Shown: positions 18,165 through 29,396, numbered from the stretch's first letter. The stretch is DNA of 64,000 bases from Acidimicrobiia bacterium (GCA_022820805.1 JAJEEV010000037.1:71923-135922), one strand, 5' to 3'. Numbers and translations are program-made. Notes: generated from the letters alone by a model not told the origin.

Positions 18165-19684
18165 GAGCGGGCTGCCTCCAGGTCGATCCACTCCACCACG
18201 GCCACGTCGTTGAGCAGCCGCCGCCGGACCTTGCCCACGCCCGAGTCGCGGGGGATCTCGACGACCCGCGCCGCCGCCGACGGCTGCATGAACCGCGGCA
18301 GGCCGTCGCTCACCGCCATTATCGCCTCGGTCGGGATGGCGTCGCCGGTGAGGTAGAGCACGATCTCGTCGTCGACCAGCTCGTTGCTGCGGCGCCAGAC
18401 GGCCACGTCGCGGATGCCGTCCACGGTCCCGAAGCGCTGTTCCACGTAGCCGATGGGCACGAACTCGCCCTTGACCCTGATCGACTCGCTGGCCCGCTCG
18501 ATGAACACCAGGTTGCCGTTGTCGTCCACCCGGCCCAGGTCGCCGGTGGCGAACCAGCCCTGGTCGTCGAAGGGCCGCACCAGCCCGTCCGGCCGCCGGT
18601 AGCCCGAGAACAGCACGCCGTCGCGGTCGGCTCGCACGTGGATCTCGCCGCCGGCGTCGACCCGCCACTGGACCTCGTGGCGGGGCCGGCCGCCGTAGCG
18701 CGACATGCCCTCGGCCAGGTCGGGACGCTCGCCCCGCCGCCAGTTCCAGATGTGGCACAGCCCGCCTGCCTCGGTGGAGCCGTAGGCCGAGAACCCCAGC
18801 GGCACGCCGAAGGTCTCCAGGAAGTCGGCGTCGGCGAAGAACACCCGGCTCACCCGGTGGCCGGCCGCGTCGGCCGCGGTGGTGGCCCGCTTGAGGATCT
18901 CCACCGGAGGAGCGTGGAGGATCAGCACCGTCGCTCCGGTCTCGCGCACCAGCGGCCAGAAGCCGCTGGCCGAGAAGCGTTCCAGGCCGAGCACGTCGAC
19001 CCCACCGGTGAGCCCGCCGATCACCCCGTAGCCGAGGGGGTTGATGTGGAACATCGGCAGCGGCGCCAGCACCGTGTCGGCCTCCGAGAAGCACATCGAG
19101 TCGGCGATGAACCGGCCGAGGCGCAGGAAGTACTCGTGGGTCTGCTCGCAGAACTTGGGCAGGCCGGTGGTTCCCGACGTGTGCATCCAGCCGGCCACGT
19201 CGAACCGGTCACGGGCCAGTCCCGGCGCGCCGGCCAGGTCCTCGAACCCGTCCGTCAGCTGGATCTCGGACCCCGGCCCGTCGCCAAGTCCCAGCAGGCT
19301 CCGGTCGAGGCGGCCGGCGTCGATGTGGGCCGCGCCCGGGGCCACCGCCGTCGAGACCTCCCGGCCCACCCACACCACCGCTTCGGGTGCGAGCTGGGCC
19401 AGCATCTCGGCCAGCAGCTCGTCGGGGTAGTCGGGGTTGACCATGGCCACCTCGGCGCCGGCCAGCACCAGCGCCATCCAGGCCGTCAGGTAGGAGTCCG
19501 AGGTGGTCCCTATCAGCGCCACCCGCCGGCCGAGGCCGGCGCCGGCGGACTCCAGCGCGCCGGTCGCCCCCATCGCCCGGCCGGCGGCCTGCTCCAGCGT
19601 GGGGGTGGTGCCGCCGGCGATGCCGAAACGGGCCCCGGGACGGCGCCGCACCCGGTCACAGACCAGCTCGGCCAGGTTCCTCAT
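18161..19684 (-). CDS. AMP-dependent acyl-CoA synthetase/ligase
   Basis: AMP-binding motif HTSGTTGLPKF, AYGSTEAGG, GDLGRVDDNGNLVFIER. Confidence 0.9.
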   Translation of the reverse strand: MRNLAELVCDRVRRRPGARFGIAGGTTPTLEQAAGRAMGATGALESAGAGLGRRVALIGTTSDSYLTAWMALVLAGAEVAMVNPDYPDELLAEMLAQLAPEAVVWVGREVSTAVAPGAAHIDAGRLDRSLLGLGDGPGSEIQLTDGFEDLAGAPGLARDRFDVAGWMHTSGTTGLPKFCEQTHEYFLRLGRFIADSMCFSEADTVLAPLPMFHINPLGYGVIGGLTGGVDVLGLERFSASGFWPLVRETGATVLILHAPPVEILKRATTAADAAGHRVSRVFFADADFLETFGVPLGFSAYGSTEAGGLCHIWNWRRGERPDLAEGMSRYGGRPRHEVQWRVDAGGEIHVRADRDGVLFSGYRRPDGLVRPFDDQGWFATGDLGRVDDNGNLVFIERASESIRVKGEFVPIGYVEQRFGTVDGIRDVAVWRRSNELVDDEIVLYLTGDAIPTEAIMAVSDGLPRFMQPSAAARVVEIPRDSGVGKVRRRLLNDVAVVEWIDLEAARS

Positions 19685-19705
19685 GCGACTACCGCGGCCT
19701 TGGGC

Positions 19706-20848
19706 TCAACCGAGGCCCTCGTAGTCGTCGGCTCTCAACACCCGGCGGGCCACATAGTTGCGCAGCACCTCCAGCGAGCCGCCGGCCACCCGCAGCACCT
19801 TCATGTCGTGCAGGATCTGGCCGTAGTCGGTGTCGGTGTACAGGCCGTGGCCCCCGGTGAGGGCGAACGCCTCGTTCACGGCGTGCTCCGACGCCCTGAT
19901 GGCCATCTTCTTGGCCAGCGTGGTGGCCAGGGCGACGTCGGTGCCGGCGTCGTGCAGGTTGGCTGCGTGGTCGCGGGCCAGCGACGCCCCGTAGAGGTCG
20001 CTGTAGCAGTCGGCCACCGTCCACTGGATGCCCTGGAAGTCGGTGACCACCGAGTCGCCGACCTCCCGGCCGGACCCGTAGGCGATGGCGTCGGCCAGGG
20101 CCCTCCGCCCGAAGCCGATCAGCTCGGAGGCGTTGCCCAGCCGGCTCATGTTGAAGGTGGAGAAGAACGTGTCCATACCCCTTCCGGCCTCTCCCAGCAG
20201 GGCCGAGTCGGGCACCCGCACGTCGTCCAGCCACACATCGGCGGTGGGGATGAGGCGCAGCCCGATCGGGTCGGTGTGGCGGGTGGACACGCCGGGCAGG
20301 TCGGTGTCCACCAGGAAGGCTGTGATTCCCTCCGGTGCGATGGCGTACACCAGGGTCACCTGGCTCTCGGCCCCCAGGTTCACGTGGGTCTTGGCGCCGT
20401 TGATGATCCAGTCGTCGCCGTCAGGGGTAGCGGTGGTGCGCATCAGCTTCATGGACGAGCCCACACCCGGCTCCGAGATCGACTCCGAGAAGATCAGCGT
20501 GCCCTGGGCCATGCCGGGGAGGTAGCGCTCCCGCTGCTCCGGTGTGGCCCAGTCGATCAGCCACCGCTGGCCCTGGATCGAGATCTGGGGGGACACCAGT
20601 CCCAGCCGTCCCACCTCCTCCTCGATCAGGCAGTATTCGGCCACGCCGAGCCCGCTGCCGCCCTCGGTGACCGGCGTGAACGGGCCGACCCAGCCCCGGG
20701 TGCCCATCGCCGCGTAGATCTCGGCCGGGAAGCGGGCCTCGCGCTGGCAGGACCGCAACTCCTCCCGGTGCTCCTCCGCGAAGCCGGCCATGGCCGCGAT
20801 CGTGGACTGGGGCCAATCCGGGTCCTTGAAGGTCAGGTTCACGTACAT
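19706..20848 (-). CDS. Acyl-CoA dehydrogenase
   Basis: ISEPGVGSS, WIINGAKTHV, ALTGGHGLYTD; start at MYVNL (track ORF begins 42 nt upstream at TTG). Confidence 0.85.
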   Translation of the reverse strand: MYVNLTFKDPDWPQSTIAAMAGFAEEHREELRSCQREARFPAEIYAAMGTRGWVGPFTPVTEGGSGLGVAEYCLIEEEVGRLGLVSPQISIQGQRWLIDWATPEQRERYLPGMAQGTLIFSESISEPGVGSSMKLMRTTATPDGDDWIINGAKTHVNLGAESQVTLVYAIAPEGITAFLVDTDLPGVSTRHTDPIGLRLIPTADVWLDDVRVPDSALLGEAGRGMDTFFSTFNMSRLGNASELIGFGRRALADAIAYGSGREVGDSVVTDFQGIQWTVADCYSDLYGASLARDHAANLHDAGTDVALATTLAKKMAIRASEHAVNEAFALTGGHGLYTDTDYGQILHDMKVLRVAGGSLEVLRNYVARRVLRADDYEGLG

Positions 20849-20879
20849 CGGTCGTCCTGCGGGGCGGGTTCGACCCATG

Positions 20880-20890
20880 TTGTATACCAA
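20880..20890. promoter_or_regulatory. TTGTATACCAA near-palindrome upstream of the ACAD operon (candidate operator)
   Basis: 32 nt upstream of ATG 20848; shares the TTGTATAC core with 28010, 33550 and 11406. Confidence 0.3.
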
Positions 20891-20971
20891 CCCGCGAGCC
20901 GACAGCGAAGCGCGGTCCGTCCGCGGTCGCGGTGCCGCAGGAGTGCCGTGGTTCTCTCGGATCGTGCGGAT

Positions 20972-21517
20972 TCATGCCTCGGAAAAGCCCGACAGCATGG
21001 TCATGCGATCGGCGAGACGCTTGCGGGCCCGGTGGACCCGGATGGCCACCGCGTTGGGCGAGATGCCCATGGCCTCTCCGATCTCGGCGTGCGACATCTC
21101 CTCCCACGCCACCAGCATCAGGATCTCGCGGTCCGTCTCGCGCAGGCTCTGCAGCGCCGGCAGCAGGGCGCTGGCCCGGTCGGAGATCTCCGATGCGCAG
21201 GCAGCCCAGGGCGGCAGGATGGTGCTGCGCATCTTGTCCCTGAGCCTGGTGAGACGGCGCGCGGACCGCGCTGCGGTCAGGATGGTGTTGCGGGCCACTC
21301 CGAACAGCCAGGCACGCTCGAACCCCTCGGGTACCTCGTCGCGCCGGCGCCAGGCAACCAGAAGGGTGTCGGCGACGACCTCGTCGGCCGTCTGTTCATC
21401 GACGCGCCTTCTGGCGTAGGCGAGCAGCGTCCGGTAGTTGTCGTGATACAGGTCGGTGAACCAGTCCTTGTCTCGACCGTCGGTCGTTCCGACGCCCATC
21501 ACTTCTGCTCTGTCCAC
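20972..21517 (-). CDS. ECF-type sigma-70 family RNA polymerase sigma factor
   Basis: Region 2 (DWFTDLYHDNYRTLLAYARRRV, AWLFGVARN) and region 4 HTH (EMSHAEIGEAMGISPNAVAIRVHRARKRL). Confidence 0.85.
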   Translation of the reverse strand: MDRAEVMGVGTTDGRDKDWFTDLYHDNYRTLLAYARRRVDEQTADEVVADTLLVAWRRRDEVPEGFERAWLFGVARNTILTAARSARRLTRLRDKMRSTILPPWAACASEISDRASALLPALQSLRETDREILMLVAWEEMSHAEIGEAMGISPNAVAIRVHRARKRLADRMTMLSGFSEA

Positions 21518-21767
21518 TCTTCTTCCCTACCTTTCTCCTCCGACCGTCGAGCCGGCGCGGCGCGCCGACTCGCTGGCATCCCCCTCTCCAGGCTCCGTGA
21601 GGGTTCCGACCGGGTTCACTGCCGCGGCTGCCGCCTTCTGGCCGCGGTGTCCGCCCGGCTCTCGGAAGCAACATCGAGAGAGGCGGTGTTCGGTCGTGGC
21701 CTCAGTCTTTCTGATGCCCCGCCTGACGTAAACGTGTCATTCGTCACACGGCCTTGTCACAGGGCCT

Positions 21768-21902
21768 AGAGGCCGAGCGGATAGGCGGGACACGCAGCCC
21801 ATACGCCGCGAGGCCGTGGCCCGAGCGGCCCGTGAGCGCAGCGAACAAGAGCGGGAATGACACCGCTGCGGCGCGACAGGCTCACACCCAGCCGCGTGGC
21901 CC
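21768..21902. mobile_element. MITE-like 135-bp dispersed element, copy A
   Basis: Shares left end AGAGGCCGAGCGGATAGG and an identical 53-nt core (21809-21861) with copy B; bracketed by direct repeat GTCACAGGGC(C)TAG (21756-21769, 21910-21922). Confidence 0.5.
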
Positions 21903-21910
21903 AGTAGGCG

Positions 21911-23443
21911 TCACAGGGCTAGGGCGGCGCCTCCCGAGCGGGGGTCGCTGGCCAGCTCGACCTCGGTCCGGCTTCCGTGGCCGGCGGTGCTCGAACCGGT
22001 GACCACCTGCAGACCGCCGCCGACGTTTGCGCTGGCGCGCACCTCGTAGCCGGACAGGCGGGCGTCGTCGCGCCATTCGATGCCGGGTTCCGCGAAGGCG
22101 TACCACGGCTGGCCGATCCCGGCGGGCACGCCGAAGCGGTCGCCGGTGGGGCAGACGAACCAGCGGGACCCGGACGCGATCTCGGCTGTGTCCGCCCCCC
22201 TCCGGAAGCGCTGGATGGCCTGGGCCAGCCACTGCACCTGCCGGTCGCCGCCCGGCGTGGCCAGTGTCATCCAGCCCGGTCCGGAGCGGCGCCGCACGTG
22301 AGCCGCGCTGAGCGTGTGGGGCAGGACCGCACCGGGTCGGGGGTTGCAGGCGGGCAGGTCGGCACGGTCCGACAGCGCGGTGCCCACCCGGTTGCTGAAC
22401 GCCACGCCGGTGTCGCCCGCCACCCAGCCGGTACCGAACTGCACCCCGGCGAGGCTGTGGACCACCGTCGCGGAGAGCCCGTGCCGGTCCAGCGCGGTGG
22501 CCACTGCGGTGCCGGAAGCCAGTGCCGGACCCTGCCGGCAGAACTCGGTGAGCTCGTTCTGGGCGAGCGGCGCGGTCGCCTCGGCGTACTCCCGCGATGC
22601 CGGGTCGGCGCCCGGTGGCGCCGTGGCCAGCAGCGCCGCAGTGATGGCGGCCTGGCTCGGTGCCGGCGTCAGCCATCCCTCTATGTCTTCGAGTTCGAAG
22701 TGCCGGGCCGGCTCGACGGCCGCTTCCACCGCCTGCAGGTCGTCGTGGGTCAGAGCCGCACCCTCCCGGCTGGCCGCGGCCACCAGCCGGTCGGCCAGCT
22801 CGCCGCGGTAGAAGGCGTCGGGTCCTCGCTGCGCCACGGTCTCGAGGGTGGCCGCCAGGTCCGGCATGCGGATGGTCGCGCCCTGCTGAGGCGCTTCGTC
22901 GGCCCCCAGCATCCTTTGCAGAGCCTGGACGTGGCCCCGGCTCTCCACCCGCCGGTACACGTCGGCCATGCGGGCCGTCACGATGTGGCCTGCGGCCGCG
23001 GCTCGGGCGCCGGTGAACAGCTCAGCCCAGTCGAGGCGCCCGTGGGCCTGCCAGGCCGCTTCCGCGCCCCGCAACGAGCCGGGTACCACCGCGTTGCGGG
23101 GACCGCTGGTCGGCGGCCACGGACCGCTGTCTCCGTCGCCTGCCGCCGCCGGGGCCCGCCCGTCGCGGTCTGCTGGAGCCGCCCGGCCCAGCGGCGTCCG
23201 CGACCAGCCGCCGTAGGCCTGCACACCGGAGTCGGTCCGGTCGTCCCCGGGGGCCACCAGGGCCACCATCTCCCCGCCGGGGCCGCTCTGGGGGGCGTTC
23301 ACAACCCACTGGGTGAACGCTGCGGCCAGCACGGCATCGACCGCCGAGCCGCCGCTGCGCAACGCCTCGATCCCGGCCTGGGTGGCCAGCCGGTGCCCGC
23401 TGGCGACCCCAGCCGCCCCGCTCACCGACCGGGCGGGCTGCAT
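21911..23443 (-). CDS. Gamma-glutamyltransferase family protein
   Basis: N-terminal GHRLATQAGIEALRSGGSAVDAVLAAAF and overall GGT-like pattern; starts 7 nt after the AAA ATPase stop. Confidence 0.8.
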   Translation of the reverse strand: MQPARSVSGAAGVASGHRLATQAGIEALRSGGSAVDAVLAAAFTQWVVNAPQSGPGGEMVALVAPGDDRTDSGVQAYGGWSRTPLGRAAPADRDGRAPAAAGDGDSGPWPPTSGPRNAVVPGSLRGAEAAWQAHGRLDWAELFTGARAAAAGHIVTARMADVYRRVESRGHVQALQRMLGADEAPQQGATIRMPDLAATLETVAQRGPDAFYRGELADRLVAAASREGAALTHDDLQAVEAAVEPARHFELEDIEGWLTPAPSQAAITAALLATAPPGADPASREYAEATAPLAQNELTEFCRQGPALASGTAVATALDRHGLSATVVHSLAGVQFGTGWVAGDTGVAFSNRVGTALSDRADLPACNPRPGAVLPHTLSAAHVRRRSGPGWMTLATPGGDRQVQWLAQAIQRFRRGADTAEIASGSRWFVCPTGDRFGVPAGIGQPWYAFAEPGIEWRDDARLSGYEVRASANVGGGLQVVTGSSTAGHGSRTEVELASDPRSGGAALAL

Positions 23444-23450
23444 GGTGTCG

Positions 23451-25526
<2,076 letters not shown>

Positions 25527-25566
25527 CGCTCCGTCGCCTTCCGGTCTGCCGGGGCCGCGGAGCCCG

Positions 25567-26058
25567 CTAGCCGTGCTGGGCCTGCCACTCCGGGCACGGC
25601 TCGAGCACGTCCATGGCGACGCCGCCCTCCGGGCTGATGGCCGAGTCGAGGTTGGCCCAGCACACCAGCATCCGGGTGGGCCCCACCCCCGTGTTGAAGT
25701 GCTGGTAGGTCACGCCCGACTCCCTGATCGGGATGGCGATCACGTCGCCCTCCTCCCATTCGTGGGCCCGGCCGTCGAGCACGGTGTGGCCGCTGCCGGC
25801 CATCACGAAGTGGATGATCCCGCCCTGGCAGTAGAGCTTGCCGCTGTTGGATCCCTGCGGGATCTCGAGCTCGTGGAAGTACAGGGCCCTGGTGCTGGGG
25901 GTCTCCAGGTGGGGGTGCAGGTACCACCGCATGGTCCCCATGCGGTTGAGTTCGGGCTCGCAGTCCTCGCGGCCGATCAGGTTCTTGGCCGCGGCCCGGC
26001 GGTCGCGCTCGGCCCGCGACTCTGCGAAGGTCTTGTCGTAGAGCGTCTGATCAGCCAT
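25567..26058 (-). CDS. Cupin protein (C-terminal-like half of a split bicupin dioxygenase; lacks HxH)
   Basis: Cupin core GKLYCQGGIIHFVMAGSGHTVLDG..WEEGDVIAIP; ATG 26058 overlaps upstream gene by 8 nt. Confidence 0.7.
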   Translation of the reverse strand: MADQTLYDKTFAESRAERDRRAAAKNLIGREDCEPELNRMGTMRWYLHPHLETPSTRALYFHELEIPQGSNSGKLYCQGGIIHFVMAGSGHTVLDGRAHEWEEGDVIAIPIRESGVTYQHFNTGVGPTRMLVCWANLDSAISPEGGVAMDVLEPCPEWQAQHG

Positions 26059-26677
26059 CGCCGGCCCTCTCGCCGATGATGCGGGTGACGGCCACGATCG
26101 GGTCCTCGGCGGCGTCATCGGAGCCGTCGCCGCCGTCGTCGCTGCCGGTGTCCTTGGCCGCCATCTCCCGCCAGTTCGACTGCTCCTTCACCTGGGCCAG
26201 CATCGAGCCGGTCTGGAACAGGAAGGGGATGTAGATGAAGGCGATCCACTGCGAGCTCTGGGAGTCGTCGTAGTTGAAGTGCTGGTGCTCGACGCCGCCG
26301 GGCTTCACCGGCAGGATCAGCAGGTCGCCGGGCTTCCAGTGGTACTCGACCCCGTCGAACACGCTGTAGCCCGCGCCCCGGGTCACGTAGATCACCAGCC
26401 CGCCCTGGTGGGTGTGGGCCCCGGACTCGGTCTGGATGTCCTTGCGGAACACCATCCAGTCCTGCACGGCCCGGTTCTCGGCCCGCATGTGCAGGTAGTA
26501 CTTGCTGCGGCCCTGGCGGGACTGCTGCCAGGGCAGGTCCTTGCCCTTGATCACGACCTGGCCGTCGTTGGCCAGGTCGCGCCTCTCCTTGAACGTCGAG
26601 AAGAACACCTCGTAGGGGTGGCGGTCCTCCTCGCTGCGGTCACGCTCCCGCAGCCGCGTCTGCTCTCGTTCGACCAT
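26051..26677 (-). CDS. Cupin protein (gentisate 1,2-dioxygenase-like catalytic half)
   Basis: Cupin metal motif SGAHTHQGGLVIYVTRGAGYSVFDG..WKPGDLLILP..HQHFN; start at MVEREQ. Confidence 0.7.
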   Translation of the reverse strand: MVEREQTRLRERDRSEEDRHPYEVFFSTFKERRDLANDGQVVIKGKDLPWQQSRQGRSKYYLHMRAENRAVQDWMVFRKDIQTESGAHTHQGGLVIYVTRGAGYSVFDGVEYHWKPGDLLILPVKPGGVEHQHFNYDDSQSSQWIAFIYIPFLFQTGSMLAQVKEQSNWREMAAKDTGSDDGGDGSDDAAEDPIVAVTRIIGERAGDG

Positions 26678-26747
26678 CGCTTGCAGTCCTGTCTGTTGGT
26701 TTGGTGCTACTGGGCGCACGGCAGCGCCCCGGCCCCGGCGCAGGAAG

Positions 26748-27944
26748 TCAGGCTGCCATGCGCAGGAATCGGGTGGCGTTGCCTGAGAACAGTTTCTCGC
26801 GTTTGGCGCCGTCTTCAATGCCCCATGCCAGCGCGGCTCCCGGTGAGTCGGGGAAACGGCACTGGGCGTGGGGGAAGTCCGACTGGTACATGAGCACGCC
26901 GTCGCCGAGCACGCTGTCGACGTAGTCGTAGATCTTGCGGCCCTCGTACAGCTCGATCCCGCAGTAGACGTGGCCGGCCTGCGCGTACTCCGAGGGCAGC
27001 ATCGACAGTGCCGGGCCCTTGCTCTTGAGGTGGCGGGACTGGCCGTCGAGGCGCAGCAGCCACTCCGGCAGCCATCCGCAGCCGGTCTCGGAGAACCCGA
27101 CCCGGAAGTTCGGGTGCCGGTCGAACACGCCCGACAGCAGCAGGTAGGCCAGGCGCAGTTGCGCGCCCCACGGGTGGGCCGCGGTGCGGGCCACCACGAT
27201 GTTGTCCCAGACGTCGCGGTATCCGGGGAAGTAGGGGGGCTCGTAGAAGAACGAGTGGTGCAGCAGCGGCAGGTCGGCGGCGGCCATCGCGGCCCAGACG
27301 GGCTCCAGGTCGGGATCGTCGATGGGGTAGCCCTCGGCCAGCGCCAGCATGGCCCCGGCCACCGACGGCTGGTCGGCGCACTCCTCGATATGGCGCACCG
27401 ACCATTCGACGTCCTCGCCGGTGAGTTGCAGCAGGCTCTTGAGCCGGCCGGTGTCGATGGAGCAGAAGTCGTCCATGTAACGGGCGTAGGACTCGTACAG
27501 CCCGGTGGCCACGTCGGTGGGGCAGACCGTCACCGACTGGGGCCAGGTGCCGGGGATCAGCAGGTGGACGTCGACGCCCTCGCGGTCCATGTCGGCGATG
27601 CGGCCCTCGGCGTTGTCGTGGCCGACGCCGTAGCGGGGGGAGTCCTCGGTCACCACCAGGCCCCGGATCTTGCCCTCGAGGGCGGCCCGGCCACCCGCGC
27701 CCAGCTGCTCCTCCAGGTGCGACTTCTCACCGATCTCGCGCAGGTAGCCCCGAGGCTCGATGCTGAGGTTGGTCCACGGGCCCTCGGGGTCGCCGTAGGT
27801 GAGCGGCAGCTCCACCCGGCGCTCGTAGTGGGCCAGCTCGTCGTCCCAGCGGTCGAGCAGTCTCCGGTCGGCGTAGCGCTTGAGCACCTCCACCGACGGC
27901 CACACATGGGTGTCGGTGTCGATGATGGTCAGCCCGTCGCGCAC
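26748..27944 (-). CDS. Amidohydrolase_2 (ACMSD-like decarboxylase/hydrolase) family protein
   Basis: IIDTDTHVWP N-terminal metal motif, family-typical C-terminus (YQSDFPH); AGGAGGAG before GTG. Confidence 0.8.
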   Translation of the reverse strand: MRDGLTIIDTDTHVWPSVEVLKRYADRRLLDRWDDELAHYERRVELPLTYGDPEGPWTNLSIEPRGYLREIGEKSHLEEQLGAGGRAALEGKIRGLVVTEDSPRYGVGHDNAEGRIADMDREGVDVHLLIPGTWPQSVTVCPTDVATGLYESYARYMDDFCSIDTGRLKSLLQLTGEDVEWSVRHIEECADQPSVAGAMLALAEGYPIDDPDLEPVWAAMAAADLPLLHHSFFYEPPYFPGYRDVWDNIVVARTAAHPWGAQLRLAYLLLSGVFDRHPNFRVGFSETGCGWLPEWLLRLDGQSRHLKSKGPALSMLPSEYAQAGHVYCGIELYEGRKIYDYVDSVLGDGVLMYQSDFPHAQCRFPDSPGAALAWGIEDGAKREKLFSGNATRFLRMAA

Positions 27945-28009
27945 GAGGCTCCTCCTGGTTTCGCTTTGCGCTCCGGCAGCCCCAGCTCCCGGCCGACCCG
28001 CAGCAGCGG

Positions 28010-28020
28010 ATTGTATACCG
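28010..28020. promoter_or_regulatory. ATTGTATACCG near-palindrome in divergent promoter region (candidate operator)
   Basis: Between amidohydrolase_2 start (27944) and FAD oxidoreductase start (28133). Confidence 0.3.
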
Positions 28021-28132
28021 TTTGCTCCGGCACGCTTAATCGGGACCGGATATCCCCAGCTAACGGGGCCTATGGGCCGGCGTTCGGCTCGACAACGACC
28101 GCGTGCGCCGGTGGGCGTGGCAGGCTGATCCG

Positions 28133-29245
28133 ATGCGGGTGGTTGTCATAGGTGCCGGGATTGCCGGCGCGGCCGCGGCCTGGCATCTGGCTGAGCACGC
28201 CTCGGTCGTCATGGTCGAGCGGGAGGCACACCCGGGCGCCCACGCCACCGGCCGGTCCGCCGCCCTGCACACCGAGACTTCGGGCGCCCCGGTGGTCAGC
28301 GCGCTGGCCGCGGCCAGCCGCCCGTTCCTGGTCGAGCCGCCCGACGGGTTCGCCGACCATGAACTGCTGTCGCCCCGGGGCCTTCTGTGGATCGCCCGGG
28401 CCGGCGAGCAGGACCGGCTGGAGGACAAGGCGACCGCCGCCGAGGCTCACGGGGTGGAGGTCCATCGCCTCGACTCGTCCCGATGCTGCGAGCTGGTCGG
28501 CGTGCTCCGCCCCGAGGCTGCGGTCGCCGGGGTCTTCGAGCCCGGTGCCATGAACATCGATGTGGACGGGCTCCTGCAGGGGTTCATGCGGGGTGCTCGC
28601 CGCCGGGGCGCCGAACTGCATGTGAGCGCCGGGGTCACAGCGCTCACGCCCCGGACCGGCGGTTGGCGGGTTGAGGCGGGCGACCAGCTTTGGGACTGCG
28701 ACGTGGTGGTGAACGCGGCGGGGGCGTGGTGCGATCCGGTTGCCGAGTTGGCCGGCGTGCCGCCGTTGGGCCTGAGGCCGCTGCGGAGATCGGTGTTCGT
28801 GTTCCCCCCGCCGGAGGGCGTCTCCGTTTCGGGCTGGCCGATGGCGTGGGACATCGGCAACCGCTTCTACTTCGAGCCGGAGGGACCGATGCTGCTGGTG
28901 TCGCCCGTCGACGAGACCCCGAGCGAGCCCTGCGACGCCCGGCCGGAGATGGAGGACATCGCCCTGGGGGTCGAGGAGCTGGAAGCGGCCACCACCCTCG
29001 AGGTCCGTGGAGTGCGCCGCACGTGGGCCGGTCTGCGCACCTTCGCCGCCGACAGCGTTCCCGCGGCCGGCTTCGACCCGGACCATCCGGGCTTCTTCTG
29101 GCTGGCCGGCCAGGGCGGTTACGGCATCAAGACGTCACCGGCGCTCGGGCGGCTGTGCGCGGCCCTCATCCTGGGCCAGGAGCCGCCGCTGAGGCCTGAT
29201 GACGTGAAGGCGCTGGACCCGGCCCGCTTCCGAGCCCGCGCCTAG
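28133..29245 (+). CDS. FAD-dependent oxidoreductase (DAO/glycine oxidase-like)
   Basis: MRVVVIGAGIAGAAAAWHL dinucleotide-binding motif; C-terminal GQGGYGIKTSPA. Confidence 0.8.
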   Translation: MRVVVIGAGIAGAAAAWHLAEHASVVMVEREAHPGAHATGRSAALHTETSGAPVVSALAAASRPFLVEPPDGFADHELLSPRGLLWIARAGEQDRLEDKATAAEAHGVEVHRLDSSRCCELVGVLRPEAAVAGVFEPGAMNIDVDGLLQGFMRGARRRGAELHVSAGVTALTPRTGGWRVEAGDQLWDCDVVVNAAGAWCDPVAELAGVPPLGLRPLRRSVFVFPPPEGVSVSGWPMAWDIGNRFYFEPEGPMLLVSPVDETPSEPCDARPEMEDIALGVEELEAATTLEVRGVRRTWAGLRTFAADSVPAAGFDPDHPGFFWLAGQGGYGIKTSPALGRLCAALILGQEPPLRPDDVKALDPARFRARA

Positions 29246-29259
29246 AGGCGTCGCCCCTC

Positions 29260-29396
29260 AGAGGCCGAGCGGATAGGCACGCGAATCCGGCCCATACGGG
29301 CGAGGCCGTGGCCCGAGCGGCCCGTGAGCGCAGCGAACAAGAGCGGGAATGACCCCGCCACACCGCGACCGGCCCTCACTTATCCGCGTGGCCCCT
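29260..29396. mobile_element. MITE-like dispersed element, copy B
   Basis: Terminal inverted repeats AGAGGCCGAGCGGATAGG / CTTATCCGCGTGGCCCCT (14 of 18 complementary); 53-nt core 29301-29353 identical to copy A; 9-nt direct repeat GCCCCTCAG at 29253 and 29391. Confidence 0.55.

Noticed and set aside
20891-20971. Search for an anti-sigma factor gene partnered with the ECF sigma factor
   Set aside because: The gap downstream of the sigma gene is only 123 nt and the next gene is an acyl-CoA dehydrogenase. No small transmembrane/zinc-finger ORF with coding-like GC3 is present on either side.
18638-21769. 1043-aa ORF on the plus strand (largest ORF in the track)
   Set aside because: It is antisense to three well-supported genes (ligase, ACAD, sigma factor). 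Its composition is Arg/Gly/Pro/His-rich and low-complexity with no recognisable motifs, which is typical of shadow ORFs in high-GC DNA. The same reasoning applies to 850-2544, 4837-6696, 4980-6932, 23422-25305, 23877-25637, 61708-63219, 61778-63331 and many others.
21754-22002. 82-aa ORF covering MITE-like copy A, and a conserved ..AYPLGL-stop reading on the minus strand of copies A and B
   Set aside because: No start codon or RBS sits inside the element. The reading frames are not joined to the upstream genes in these two copies, and copy C is degenerate. I treat it as non-coding repeat sequence, though the boundary stop codon is noted.
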